Assembly (NCBI GenBank): GCA_029907105.1
Contig: JARYMM010000005.1
Coordinates: forward strand, 8,563-72,562
Origin: Anaerolineae bacterium
GTDB taxonomy: Bacteria; Chloroflexota; Anaerolineae; UBA3071
Length of the DNA stretch: 64,000 bases
Direction of reading: 5' to 3'
Every line of letters begins with the position of its first letter. The stretch's first letter is position 1. Under the pieces are notes generated by a model. The model was not told where the DNA came from. It saw only the letters and a program-made list of their open reading frames with translations, and did not search any database. Below, piece by piece: positions 36,356 through 45,875 of the stretch. Made by a program: the position numbers and the translations under genes.

Positions 36356-37456
36356 CTAGATGATCGCCAACTCGGTGTCGCGCTCGAAGATATGCATGTT
36401 GGCCATGTTCAGAGCCAGCTCGATCTGTTCGCCGGGGCGGGCGCGCAGGCGTGGGTCGACGCGGGCGATGAAGCTCTTGTTCCCTGTCAGGCAGTAGACG
36501 AAGATCTCGTTGCCCATGAGCTCCGTCACGTCCACGTCGGCCTTCATGTCCGCCTTGGCGATGCCAGGCGGCACGAAGGGCTTGGCGTGAATGTCTTCGG
36601 GGCGGATGCCGAAGATGACCTCCTTGCCCTTGTGCGGCAGCAGGGGGGCGATTTTGTCCTCGGGCACTTCCAGGCGGAAAGAGCCGCCGTCCACGAACAG
36701 TTGGCCGTCGCTCTCCACCAGGGTGGCATCGAAGAAGTTCATGGAGGGGCTGCCGATGAAACCGGCGACGAAGACGTTGCCGGGATGGTCGTAGAGGTTC
36801 TGCGGCGTGTCCAGTTGCTGCAAGATGCCATCCCTCATCACGGCGATGCGCGTGGCCATGGTCATGGCTTCCACCTGGTCATGGGTGACGTAGATGAAGG
36901 TCGTGCCCAGGCGGAGGTGCAGCTTGGCCAGCTCGGCGCGCGTCTGAACGCGCAGCTTGGCATCCAGGTTGGACAAGGGCTCGTCGAAGAGGAAGACGGC
37001 AGGTTCGCGCACGATGGCCCGCCCCACGGCGACACGCTGTCGCTGACCGCCGGAGAGCTGCTTGGGCTTGCGGTCCAAGAGCTGGCTGATGCCCAGGATC
37101 TCGGCGGCCTCCTTCACCCGGCGATCAATCTCCGCCTTGGGCGTCTTGCGCAGCTTGAGGCCGAAAGCCATGTTGTCGTAGACGCTCATGTGCGGGTAGA
37201 GGGCGTAGGACTGGAAGACCATGGCGATGTCCCGGTCCTTGGGGGCGATGTCGTTGACCAGCCGGTCGCCGATGTAGATGTTGCCATGGGTGACCTCTTC
37301 CAACCCGGCCAACAGCCGCAGGGCAGTCGTCTTGCCGCAACCCGAGGGGCCGACCAGGACCAGGAACTCCTTGTCCTGCACCTCCAGGTTCATGTTATTG
37401 ACGGCGACAACTTCGCCGAAACGCTTGGTGACATTCTCGTATGTTACACTGGCCAT
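36356..37456 (-). CDS. ABC transporter ATP-binding protein, MalK/UgpC-type (carbohydrate importer ATPase)
   Basis: Walker A GPSGCGKTT, signature LSGGQRQRVAVGRA, Walker B, and a C-terminal TOBE/MalK regulatory domain. No cognate permease genes adjacent. Confidence 0.8.
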   Translation of the reverse strand: MASVTYENVTKRFGEVVAVNNMNLEVQDKEFLVLVGPSGCGKTTALRLLAGLEEVTHGNIYIGDRLVNDIAPKDRDIAMVFQSYALYPHMSVYDNMAFGLKLRKTPKAEIDRRVKEAAEILGISQLLDRKPKQLSGGQRQRVAVGRAIVREPAVFLFDEPLSNLDAKLRVQTRAELAKLHLRLGTTFIYVTHDQVEAMTMATRIAVMRDGILQQLDTPQNLYDHPGNVFVAGFIGSPSMNFFDATLVESDGQLFVDGGSFRLEVPEDKIAPLLPHKGKEVIFGIRPEDIHAKPFVPPGIAKADMKADVDVTELMGNEIFVYCLTGNKSFIARVDPRLRARPGEQIELALNMANMHIFERDTELAII

Positions 37457-38115
37457 TGGGATTTGCTCCTGAAACTTGTGATTTTAAGTGTGGCGAGGCG
37501 AGAAGACAGAACTTTTCGGTCACGGCAGTCGCTTGACCACAACCGATAAGGCCAAATGACTGCCCGTGGGCTCATGCCAAAACCGCTCTTCAGGCCTCAC
37601 CGAGAGATCAAATGGGGGCAAAAATCGCAGAGATAGAGAGCTGAGCTGGGTGACTTAGCCGAGAGGGCAATGGAATGTCTCCGTGCTCTCAGCGCAGAGC
37701 TGCTGCCCCACGCCTGTTCGCAGCTCGCGGTTCCCAGACTCCAGGGCGCATCACCTCCTTCTCGACGGAAAGCCCTTGCGGGCGGCGAAGTGCGCTTACT
37801 ATGCACACCAGACGACATCGGCAGTAAAGGCCGACCTGCTAATCATTATAACACACATCCCTTTCTCTGCCAAACCCGAAGACATGTCTGTCATCGGCCA
37901 GGATGAGCAAATCCCCTCAGAGATGCCCGTCGCGCGTGGACAAACACTCGTCAAGGCGGGTTATCTCGGCCATCATACGCCTCCTATCAATGCCTGCGTC
38001 TTTTCACACCCACGAAGACTTCCCCACCACAGGATCGCGCACACCCCTGGCCTGAAATCCGGCCTCTCCGAGCAGGCGCAGCCAATCGCCGCGAGCAAAC
38101 AGGCCGCAGAAGTGC

Positions 38116-39789
38116 TCAAGCCAGCATCGGGATGCGCACCCCGTGCTGCCTGGCGAAGGCGATGGCCTGCGCATATCCGGCATCGGCGTGGCGCATGATG
38201 GCCATGCCGGGGTCGTAGGTCAGCACCCGCTCCAGCCGCACCGCCGCCTCCGGCGTGCCATCGGCGACGATGACCTGCCCGGCGTGCTGCGAGTAGCCGA
38301 TGCCCACCCCGCCGCCGTGATGGAAGCTGACCCAGGTCGCCCCGCCCACGGCATTGATCAGGGCGTTGAGGATGGGCCAGTCGGAGATGGCGTCGGAGCC
38401 GTCGAGCATGCCCTCCGTCTCGCGGTTGGGCGAGGCCACGCTGCCGCCATCGAGATGGTCGCGGCCGATGACGATGGGCGCTTTGACCCGCCCACGGGCC
38501 ACCGCCTCGTTGAAGGCCAACCCGGCCCTGGCCCGCTCGCCGTAGCCCAGCCAGCAAATGCGGGCAGGCAGTCCCTGAAAGGCCACCTTCTTCTGGGCCA
38601 TCCGAATCCAGCGACACAGATGCTCGTCTTCCGGGAAAAGCTCCAGGACGATGCGGTCAGTGATGGCGATGTCTTCGGCATCGCCGGAAAGCGCCACCCA
38701 GCGGAAGGGCCCCTTGCCCTCACAGAAGAGCGGCCGGATGTAGGCGGGCACGAAGCCGGGATAGACCCACTCGCCGTTGGGGTCGCCGCCGACCTTGACC
38801 TCCGTGTAGCCGGCGTTGAAGGCCTGCTGGCGCAGGTTGTTGCCATAGTCGAAGACCACCGCGCCCCGCTTTTGCAGTTCCACCATGGCCTGGCAGTGCT
38901 CGGCCATGGCCTGCCGCGAGCGCTTCTGATACTCCTGCGGATCGCGCTGCCGCAGCTCCAGCGCCGCCTCCAGCGTCATGCCGTTGGGCAGGTACATGAG
39001 GGGGTCATGGGCACAGGTCTGGTCGGTGACCACATCGGGCACCACGCCGCGCTGCACCAGCTCCGGGAAAACGTCGGCGGCATTACCGATGAGGCCGATG
39101 GACTTTGGCTCCTCCCGCGCCAGCGCCTCCTCGACCAGGGTCATGGCCTCTTCCAGCGTGTCCACCACCACGTCCAGGTAGCGGGTATCGAGCCGCCGCT
39201 GCGCCCGCCAGGGGTCAACCTCCACCACCAGGGCCACGCCCTCGTTCATGGTCACGGCCAGCGGCTGGGCGCCGCCCATCTCCCCCAGCCCGGCGGTGAG
39301 GACGAATTTGCCCTTGAGGCTGGGCCAGCCCTGAGCACGGGCCGCCGCGCCCAGTGTCTCATAGGTGCCCTGCAGGATGCCCTGCGTGCCGATGTAAATC
39401 CAGGAGCCGGCGGTCATCTGGCCGTACATGATGAGCCCCTCCCGCTCCCAGCGGTCGAAGTTCTCCTGCGTGGCCCAGGCGGGGACGATGTTGGAGTTGG
39501 CCAGGAGGACGCGCGGGGCGTCGGCGTAGGTCTTGAAGATGCCCACCGGCTTGCCCGATTGCACCAGCAAAGTGTCGTCGGGGTCCATGCTCTCCAGGGC
39601 GCGCAGGATGGCCTCGAAGCAGGCCCAGTTGCGCGCCGCCTTGCCCCGACCGCCGTAGACGATGAGGTTTTGCGGGTCTCCGGCCACCTCCGGGTCGAGG
39701 TTGTTTTGCAGCATGCGGTAGGGCGCTTCCAACAGCCAGCTCTTGCAGTTCAGTTGGCTGCCCCGTGGGGCGCGAATGACACGGCTCAT
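38116..39789 (-). CDS. hutU: urocanate hydratase
   Basis: Full-length similarity to HutU ([36 protein letters not shown]..., NAD-binding GGGVGIGYS region). Confidence 0.85.
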   Translation of the reverse strand: MSRVIRAPRGSQLNCKSWLLEAPYRMLQNNLDPEVAGDPQNLIVYGGRGKAARNWACFEAILRALESMDPDDTLLVQSGKPVGIFKTYADAPRVLLANSNIVPAWATQENFDRWEREGLIMYGQMTAGSWIYIGTQGILQGTYETLGAAARAQGWPSLKGKFVLTAGLGEMGGAQPLAVTMNEGVALVVEVDPWRAQRRLDTRYLDVVVDTLEEAMTLVEEALAREEPKSIGLIGNAADVFPELVQRGVVPDVVTDQTCAHDPLMYLPNGMTLEAALELRQRDPQEYQKRSRQAMAEHCQAMVELQKRGAVVFDYGNNLRQQAFNAGYTEVKVGGDPNGEWVYPGFVPAYIRPLFCEGKGPFRWVALSGDAEDIAITDRIVLELFPEDEHLCRWIRMAQKKVAFQGLPARICWLGYGERARAGLAFNEAVARGRVKAPIVIGRDHLDGGSVASPNRETEGMLDGSDAISDWPILNALINAVGGATWVSFHHGGGVGIGYSQHAGQVIVADGTPEAAVRLERVLTYDPGMAIMRHADAGYAQAIAFARQHGVRIPMLA

Positions 39790-39807
39790 GTCTCACCTCC
39801 TGGTGCC

Positions 39808-39973
39808 TGGTAGACTGTAAACTGGTAGATTGGTAGATTGGTAGATTGGTAAATTGGTTACTAAGGGACCAGTTACTCGACATGCCAGTCTCCCAGCTTC
39901 CCAATGTACCAGCTTCCCAATGTACCAGCTTCCCAATGTACCAGTTTCCCAATGTACCAGTTTCCAATCTACT
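39808..39973. repeat. inverted array of short tandem repeats (GGTAGATT x3-4 versus CAGCTTCCCAATGTAC x4)
   Basis: Left arm CTGGTAGATTGGTAGATTGGTAGATTGGTAAATTGG. Right arm four 16-bp units CCCAATGTACCAGCTT whose reverse complement (GGTACATTGG) matches the left units. Intergenic between hutU and glnA. Confidence 0.5.
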
Positions 39974-39975
39974 GT

Positions 39976-41319
39976 TCAGTAGATGGGCAGATAGCGATCC
40001 AGCTCCCACTGGCTGACGCTGAGGCGGTACTCGTCCCATTCCTGCGTCTTGGCCAGCAGGTAGCGATGATAGACGTGCGGCCCCAACGCTGCCTGCACGA
40101 CCTCATCCCGTTTCAGTTCCTCCAGGGCCTCGCCCAGGCTGCCGGGCAGCGTGGCCAGTGCACTGCGCCCTGCCTCGTCCACATGATACAGGTCTTCTTC
40201 GGCCGGATCGGGAGGCACCAGGCCACGACGGATGCCATCGAGGCCGGCGTGCAGCATGACGGCGAAGGCCAGGTAGGGGTTGCAACTGGGGTCGGGACAA
40301 CGCAACTCCAGCCGCGTCGCCTCCGGGCAGCCGGGGCTGATCTGCGGCACACGGATCAGCGCCGAACGGTTGATGCGTGCCCAACTGATGTACACCGGCG
40401 CTTCGTAACCGGGCACCAGCCGCTTGTAGGAGTTGACCAGCGGGGCGATCACCGCCGCCATGCCGCGGGCATGCGCCAACTGACCGGCGATGAATTGCCT
40501 GGCCAACTGGGAAAGCCCGTAGGCGTCGTCACCGTCGTAGAAGGCGTTCTCTCCCGTGTCCACCCGCATCAGGCTCTGGTGGGTGTGCATGCCCGAGCCG
40601 TTGATGCCGGCGATGGGCTTGGGCATGAAGCTGGCGAAGAGACCATTGCGTTGGGCGATGGCCTTGAGGACAATACGAAAGGTCACGGCGTTATCGGCGG
40701 CCTGCAACGCCGGACCGTAGTGGAAGTCAATCTCGTGCTGGCCGATGGCCACCTCGTGGTGTGAGGCCTCCACCGCAATGCCCAAGGCCTGCAGCGCTTC
40801 CACCATCTGCCGCCGCACGTCGTGGGCCAGGTCGGTAGAGACGTCGAAGTAGCCGGCGTGGTCGTGGGGCTTGGGCCTGGGCAGGCCGTTCTCGTCGCGG
40901 CGGAAAAGGAAGAACTCCAGCTCCGGCCCGGTGTTGTAGACGTAGCCCAGCTCCTCCGCCGCGGCCAGCGCCCGCTTGAGCACGTGGCGGGGGTCGCCCT
41001 GGAAAGGCTCCCCCTGCGGCGTGTAGACGTCGCAGATGACCCGCGCCGTGACCAGGTTTTCCCGCTCCCAGGGGATGACGGCAAAGGTGGAGAGGTCGGG
41101 CTTGAGGAACATGTCGCTTTCGGCGATGCGGGCGAAGCCCTCGACAGAAGAGCCATCGAACCAGATGCCGTGTTGGACGGCCTGGGGCCACTGGCGGGCA
41201 GGGATGGTCACCTGCTTGACGATGCCCACGATGTCGCTGAACTGCAAATTGATGAATTGCACGTTCGCTTCTCGAATGAGTGCCTCTACTCGTTCGAACT
41301 CTGCTGGGTCGTAAGTCAT
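39976..41319 (-). CDS. glnA: glutamine synthetase (type I-like, 447 aa)
   Basis: GS beta-grasp and catalytic domain motifs (FDGSSVEGFARIAESDM, NGSGMHTHQSL, LVPGYEAPVYISWARINRSALIRVP). Confidence 0.8.
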   Translation of the reverse strand: MTYDPAEFERVEALIREANVQFINLQFSDIVGIVKQVTIPARQWPQAVQHGIWFDGSSVEGFARIAESDMFLKPDLSTFAVIPWERENLVTARVICDVYTPQGEPFQGDPRHVLKRALAAAEELGYVYNTGPELEFFLFRRDENGLPRPKPHDHAGYFDVSTDLAHDVRRQMVEALQALGIAVEASHHEVAIGQHEIDFHYGPALQAADNAVTFRIVLKAIAQRNGLFASFMPKPIAGINGSGMHTHQSLMRVDTGENAFYDGDDAYGLSQLARQFIAGQLAHARGMAAVIAPLVNSYKRLVPGYEAPVYISWARINRSALIRVPQISPGCPEATRLELRCPDPSCNPYLAFAVMLHAGLDGIRRGLVPPDPAEEDLYHVDEAGRSALATLPGSLGEALEELKRDEVVQAALGPHVYHRYLLAKTQEWDEYRLSVSQWELDRYLPIY

Positions 41320-41366
41320 AGCGGCCTCCTGATGTAACGTGTAGAATCGGCAAATCAGCGGAGCGA

Positions 41367-42473
41367 CTACCTGTTCCGTCGTTGCAACCAGACGATGGAC
41401 CCGCCAAGCAGCCCTGCCATGCCAAGCGCGGCAGCGCCCAGGGCCAGCAACGCTCCCGGACGGGCCTTGGCTGCCGCACGCTCACCCCCGCTCACTGGCG
41501 TGGGCACGGCTTCCGGCTCTGGCAGGCGGAGGGGCGCAGGAGTGACCGTGGGCGTCGGCGAAGGGGTTGCCGTTGCCGTAGCTGTGGGAGTCGCTGTCGG
41601 TGTTGGCGTATCGGTGGCTGTCGCCGTGGCCGTGGCCGTCTCCGTCGGCGTCAGGGTCGGCGTGGTCGTGGGTATCGGCGTTCGGCGTTCGGCGTCTTCA
41701 GAAGGCAACTCCGAACCCTGAACTCCGAACCTCGAACCCGGCGTGGCCGTAGGCGGCACCGGCGTCGCCGTCGGCTGCACCGGGTCCACGAACAGAGCGA
41801 TGGCGTCCAGGAATATGTAGTTGTTGCCGGTGGAAAAATTGTGATCCACCAGGATGAACAGGGTGATGGTCTCCGCCTGGGCCACAGCCGAGACGTCAAT
41901 GTTAGGGCCTTCGCCGGGCGGGTAATTGACGATGCGGCCTTCCCCCCGATGCATCGGCCCCCAGACCACGGTAGGGGCGGTGGGATCCGTGCCCCCCGTG
42001 GGGTCAATGCCCAGTTGACGGCCAAAGGCATCGGGGGCGTTAGGTGCACCCCAACCCAGCGAAGCCTTGTAAGCCACGCCGGGCTGGACGTCGCCCACCC
42101 GCGTGTAGATGCCCGCCCTGAACGTGCCGCCGTCAGACCACATGCGCAGCGAAGGCGCGCCGAAAACGGTGTCAACATCCTTCATGAAGACCAGGTCGCC
42201 TTCCAGGACGAAAGGCGTCCAACCGGCGGGCACCTGGCGGGGCGGACTGCCCACCCACTCGTCGAAGTTGCAGTTCCACAGGATGTTGGGCGGAACGCAA
42301 GGGTCACCGGCCAGAAGCGGGTTGACCGGCAGGAACAGCAACGCGCCAGCAATGCACAAAAGAAAGCCCGCTCGTATAATATGTGCTCCTGCTGGACGGC
42401 CGCGTCCAGCAGCCAGGTGGCGGACGTGGCCGTCCGCCACGAGCGACATCACATAACTCGCTTTCCGCAACAT
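41367..42473 (-). CDS. C-terminally membrane-anchored secreted protein with CBM4/9-like jelly-roll domain and Thr/Pro linker
   Basis: N-terminal signal/TM. NCNFDEW...FLDAIALFVD module resembling the NGGFE...VDDxSL CBM architecture of the giant proteins. [27 protein letters not shown] linker. C-terminal TM plus RRNR. Confidence 0.45.
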   Translation of the reverse strand: MLRKASYVMSLVADGHVRHLAAGRGRPAGAHIIRAGFLLCIAGALLFLPVNPLLAGDPCVPPNILWNCNFDEWVGSPPRQVPAGWTPFVLEGDLVFMKDVDTVFGAPSLRMWSDGGTFRAGIYTRVGDVQPGVAYKASLGWGAPNAPDAFGRQLGIDPTGGTDPTAPTVVWGPMHRGEGRIVNYPPGEGPNIDVSAVAQAETITLFILVDHNFSTGNNYIFLDAIALFVDPVQPTATPVPPTATPGSRFGVQGSELPSEDAERRTPIPTTTPTLTPTETATATATATDTPTPTATPTATATATPSPTPTVTPAPLRLPEPEAVPTPVSGGERAAAKARPGALLALGAAALGMAGLLGGSIVWLQRRNR

Positions 42474-42568
42474 GGCGCGTAGTATAACTGAGGAAGCTCA
42501 AAGCTCAAAATCCAAACTTCAAACCAGCCCCCGGCCTCAACCCCCTTGAGCTTTGGAGTTTGCAGTTT

Positions 42569-42659
42569 CAGTGGATGGAAATTTGCTCTGAGGGGATCGT
42601 CAGATCCCCGGTTTTCGCCAGGATCTGACGATCCTGGCGGAGCGATTTTCCATCTACTG
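42569..42659 (-). mobile_element. family-B MITE-like element, second copy (inverted orientation)
   Basis: Reverse complement of the 36250-36339 element (about 90% identical). Flanked by 5-bp direct repeat AGTTT. Its terminal CAGTAG supplies the last codon and TAG stop of queG. Confidence 0.55.
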
Positions 42660-43733
42660 AGTTTGGATTTCCACCTTTGCCCCCATCCGCTCCAGGGCCC
42701 AGGCGGCGTGCTGGCGCAGCAGCGGTTCAGGGTCGCCCAGGGCCTTGCTCAAAGCGGGCAACGCCGCCGGGTCGCCCCAGTTGCCCAGGGCCACGGCCAC
42801 ATTGCGCAGCAACCCTCGCCGCCTGGCCCGCTCGATGGGGCTGCCCCGGAAGCGGCGGCGGAACCCCTCCTCGTCCAGGGCCATCAACTCCAGCAGCGAC
42901 GGTTGCCTCAAGCCAGGGCGCGGCTGCAAGGCAGGATCGCCGGCCGGCTGGCCGAAGCGGAGGTTCCAGGGACACACCTCCTGGCAGAGGTCGCAGCCGA
43001 AGATACGCCGACCCAACGCCGGGCGCAGCTCCTCAGGGATGGCCCCTTTCAGCTCGATGGTCAGGTAGGCCAGGCAGCGGCGGGCATCCAGCAGATACGG
43101 CTCGAGGAGGGCACCGGTGGGGCAGGCGTCCAGGCAACGGGTACAGGTGCCGCAGCGCGGGGCAGTCCACGGCTCATCTGGCGGGAGCTCGATGGTCAAC
43201 AGCAGTTCTCCCAGCAGCAGCCAGGAGCCAAAGCGGGGGTGGATCAGGCAGCAGTTTTTGCCGATCCAGCCCAACCCCGCCCTCATGGCCAGTTCCCGTT
43301 CCAACAGCGGCGCGGTGTCCACGCAGGCCCGCCCCAACAGTTCCGGCGGCTGGCCCGTTTCCGCTGCCAGCCACTCGCGCAGGGCCAGCAGCCGGCGCAT
43401 CATGACCTCGTGGTAATCCTCGCCGCGGGCGTAGCGGGCGATGAGGCCATGGCCGGGCAGCAGGGGCCCTTCATCAGGCCAGAAGCTGTTGAGGCCGACG
43501 ACGAGGATGGAACGGCAGCCGGGCAGCAAGGTGCGCGGGTCGCGCCGCTCCTCGACCCGCCGCACCAGGTAACTCATCTCGCCGGCATAACCGGCCTCCA
43601 CCCAGCGGGCATAAAACTCGGCCTGCGCGCTGGGCACGGCGGCGCAGATGCCGGCCACATCAAAGCCCAGAGCGAGAGCCCGCTGCTTGAGTTGGTCTTT
43701 CGTCATCCGTCGTTCGTCCGATAGACGACGCAA
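42654..43733 (-). CDS. queG: epoxyqueuosine reductase
   Basis: 4Fe-4S ferredoxin motifs CGTCTRCLDACP and CDLCQEVCP. QueG N-terminal domain. C-terminal HEAT-like repeats. The C-terminus is altered by the MITE insertion. Alternative start 43706. Confidence 0.8.
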   Translation of the reverse strand: MRRLSDERRMTKDQLKQRALALGFDVAGICAAVPSAQAEFYARWVEAGYAGEMSYLVRRVEERRDPRTLLPGCRSILVVGLNSFWPDEGPLLPGHGLIARYARGEDYHEVMMRRLLALREWLAAETGQPPELLGRACVDTAPLLERELAMRAGLGWIGKNCCLIHPRFGSWLLLGELLLTIELPPDEPWTAPRCGTCTRCLDACPTGALLEPYLLDARRCLAYLTIELKGAIPEELRPALGRRIFGCDLCQEVCPWNLRFGQPAGDPALQPRPGLRQPSLLELMALDEEGFRRRFRGSPIERARRRGLLRNVAVALGNWGDPAALPALSKALGDPEPLLRQHAAWALERMGAKVEIQTQ

Positions 43734-43754
43734 AGCACCATGGCGTCGCCCACC

Positions 43755-45158
43755 TCAGCGTTCCTGGCAGATTCTCTCCGACGGCGCATAGATGCCCGGC
43801 ACAGGGAAACGGTCGCAGATCTCGGCCACCCGTTGCCGCACCCGTCCGTACACTGCCTCGTCGCCCAGGTTGTGGATCACGGCGGCGATGAGTTCGCCCA
43901 GTTCCTCCATTTCCGTCTTGCCGAACCCCCGCGTGGTGACGGCCGGGGTGCCGATGCGGATGCCACTGGCCACCCGTGGCGGCCGTGGGTCGAAAGGAAT
44001 GGCGTTCTTGTTCACCGTGATGCCCACGGCGTCCAGGGCCTCCTCCGCTTCTTTGCCGGTGACCCCGGCCACGCCCACGTCCACCAGCATCAGGTGATTG
44101 TCCGTGCCGCCGGAGACCAGCCGCAGCCCGGCGTCCTGCAGCGCCTGAGCCAATGTCCTGGCGTTGTCCACGATGCGCTGCAGGTAGTAACGGAACTCCG
44201 GCCGCAGCGCTTCGCCGAAGGCGGCAGCCTTGGCGGCGATGCAGTGCATCAGCGGCCCGCCCTGCATGCCGGGGAAGATGCTCTTGTCCACGGCCTGGGC
44301 GTACTTCTCCTTACACAGGATCAGGCCGCCCCGCGGCCCGCGCAGCGTCTTATGCGTGGTGGAGGTGACGAAGTCGCAATGAGGCACAGGGCTGGGGTGC
44401 AGGCCTCCGGCCACCAACCCGGCGATGTGGGCGATGTCGGCCATCAGGTAAGCGCCCACCTCGTCGGCGATTTCGCGCAGGCGGGCAAAGTCAATGAGGC
44501 GCGGATAGGCGCTGGCCCCGCAGACGATCATCCGCGGCCGCACCTCTCGCGCCTGCTGGGCGATAGCTTCGTAATCGAGGGTTTCCGTCTCCCGCGCCAC
44601 GCCATAGGGGTGCACCTCGAACAATTTGCCGGAGAAGTTGACCGGGCTGCCGTGGGTCAGGTGGCCGCCGTGGGCCAGGCTCATGCCCATGATGCGGTCG
44701 CCTGGCGAAAGCACGGCGAAGTAGACGGCCATGTTGGCCTGGGAGCCGGAATGGGGTTGTACGTTGGCGTGTTCGGCACCGAACAGTTGTTTGGCGCGGT
44801 CAATGGCCAGTTGTTCCACGATGTCCACGTACTCGCAGCCGCCGTAGTAGCGATGGCCGGGGTAGCCCTCGGCGTACTTGTTGGTGAGCACCGAGCCCAG
44901 CGCTTCCAGCACGGCGGCGCTGACGTAGTTCTCCGAGGCGATGAGCTCGATCTTGTTCACCTGGCGCAGGGCCTCTTTCTGGATGGCCTCGGCCAGCTCG
45001 GGGTCGCTCTGGCAAAGGGCCAGCTCGGGCTTGCCGCCCAGAAAGCTCCAGGCGATGCCCAGCTCGAAGGGGGCCATCCGCACTCGCTCTTCCAGCGTCG
45101 TCCACAGGTGGTGGAGATCGTCCAGCCGCTTCGTTCCCCCAACGTGATCGCGTGTCAT
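43755..45158 (-). CDS. glyA: serine hydroxymethyltransferase
   Basis: [29 protein letters not shown] (PLP-lysine region). Start assigned to ATG 45158 (GGGAGGAAAG RBS). The tool ORF runs to 45191. Confidence 0.85.
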   Translation of the reverse strand: MTRDHVGGTKRLDDLHHLWTTLEERVRMAPFELGIAWSFLGGKPELALCQSDPELAEAIQKEALRQVNKIELIASENYVSAAVLEALGSVLTNKYAEGYPGHRYYGGCEYVDIVEQLAIDRAKQLFGAEHANVQPHSGSQANMAVYFAVLSPGDRIMGMSLAHGGHLTHGSPVNFSGKLFEVHPYGVARETETLDYEAIAQQAREVRPRMIVCGASAYPRLIDFARLREIADEVGAYLMADIAHIAGLVAGGLHPSPVPHCDFVTSTTHKTLRGPRGGLILCKEKYAQAVDKSIFPGMQGGPLMHCIAAKAAAFGEALRPEFRYYLQRIVDNARTLAQALQDAGLRLVSGGTDNHLMLVDVGVAGVTGKEAEEALDAVGITVNKNAIPFDPRPPRVASGIRIGTPAVTTRGFGKTEMEELGELIAAVIHNLGDEAVYGRVRQRVAEICDRFPVPGIYAPSERICQER

Positions 45159-45294
45159 ACTCTTTCCTCCCGCCATCTCAGTTGTGCCCATGCCCGCAAA
45201 GGCAACGCCCGGCGGACGAATCCACCGGGCGTTGTGGGTCTTGAAGACATGGACAAGTCCATCCGCTGCGCATGCGGAAACGCTTTACTTCAGG

Positions 45295-45733
45295 CTCCGC
45301 GGGGAGGACTCGAACCTCCAGCCAACCGGTTACGTCTACCCCTGTGTTTCCACAGGGAACGGACTATCTCATCACCCCAGAGGGGTGCGGGGCGCTCGAG
45401 GGTGGCTTATCGGTCGGGCTCCTCACCACCTAGTCTCTGCACCTTCCTGGCTACCCAAGGCCCTTTGGCCAGGCTTGGCTCAGGGTTACCACCACCCGAA
45501 GTGCTGAGGCTTCCCTGCTAGGCGTACTTTTTTAGTTCCTTGAGTTATCGAATTGACCGAGTTCTTTTTGGTTGTCAGGCTTCCTTCTCCGTCTAAGACG
45601 CCTGCCAACCAAGCAGCGTCCGCGATGTTCATGCTGCACGCCTAGTTTGATTCACCCCGTTTTTCCTCTAGCCATTGCTGACTAGGGCTGCCAACCTGAC
45701 AGCCGGTCGCTCTGCCAATTGAGCTACCGCGGA
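45295..45733 (-). tRNA. tRNA-Asn(GUU) interrupted by a group I intron between anticodon positions 35 and 36
   Basis: Exon 1 (45733-45699) UCCGCGGUAGCUCAAUUGGCAGAGCGACCGGCUGU plus exon 2 (45332-45295) UAACCGGUUGGCUGGAGGUUCGAGUCCUCCCCGCGGAG give a canonical 73-nt cloverleaf. U8, G18G19, U33, anticodon GUU, T54-psi-C and G73 are all in place. CC is genomically encoded. Confidence 0.65.
45333..45698 (-). ncRNA. group I self-splicing intron (IC3-like), 366 nt, no internal ORF
   Basis: 5' exon ends in U paired with G of internal guide GCAGCC (P1). GGUU immediately 5' of the guide pairs with 3'-exon AACC (P10). Terminal G precedes the 3' exon. Core block GAAGGUGCAGAGACUAGGUGG resembles the P7/J6-7 region of the Azoarcus tRNA-Ile intron (recalled). 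Confidence 0.6.
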
Positions 45734-45775
45734 ACGATCACTTTGCATAGCCAATTATACTCAAAATGGCGATTT

Positions 45776-45836
45776 CGTCAAATCAGAAAGTGACCGTGAT
45801 CAGGGAGGGATCGGTTTCTTCCTGATCCCTGATCAC
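45776..45836 (-). terminator. putative intrinsic terminator downstream of rpoD
   Basis: 11-bp stem GTGATCAGGGA / TCCCTGATCAC with a 19-nt loop, followed on the minus strand by CUUUCUGAUUU. Begins 40 nt after the rpoD stop. Confidence 0.3.
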
Positions 45837-45875
45837 CGATCCCTGATCTCCGGTAGATGCACGTGACTACGTCCG

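Noticed and set aside
37457-38115. 660-bp apparently non-coding gap between the ABC ATPase gene and hutU, checked for small genes or RNA
   Set aside because: Only low-complexity short ORFs (such as 37597-37818 -) without RBS or motifs. No convincing structure or repeat was detected, so it is left unannotated.
39808-39973. Possible CRISPR array
   Set aside because: Repeat units are 8 and 16 bp in direct tandem with no spacers, and no cas genes are present.
45295-45733. tmRNA (ssrA) interpretation of tRNA-like termini separated by ~370 nt
   Set aside because: The 5' part has a full D arm and an anticodon stem whose partner strand sits right before the T arm, so excising 366 nt gives a complete cloverleaf with a GUU anticodon. 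The insert has P1/P10 guide pairing, a terminal G and a P7-like core. No plausible tag-peptide reading frame ending in a stop next to a resume codon was found.
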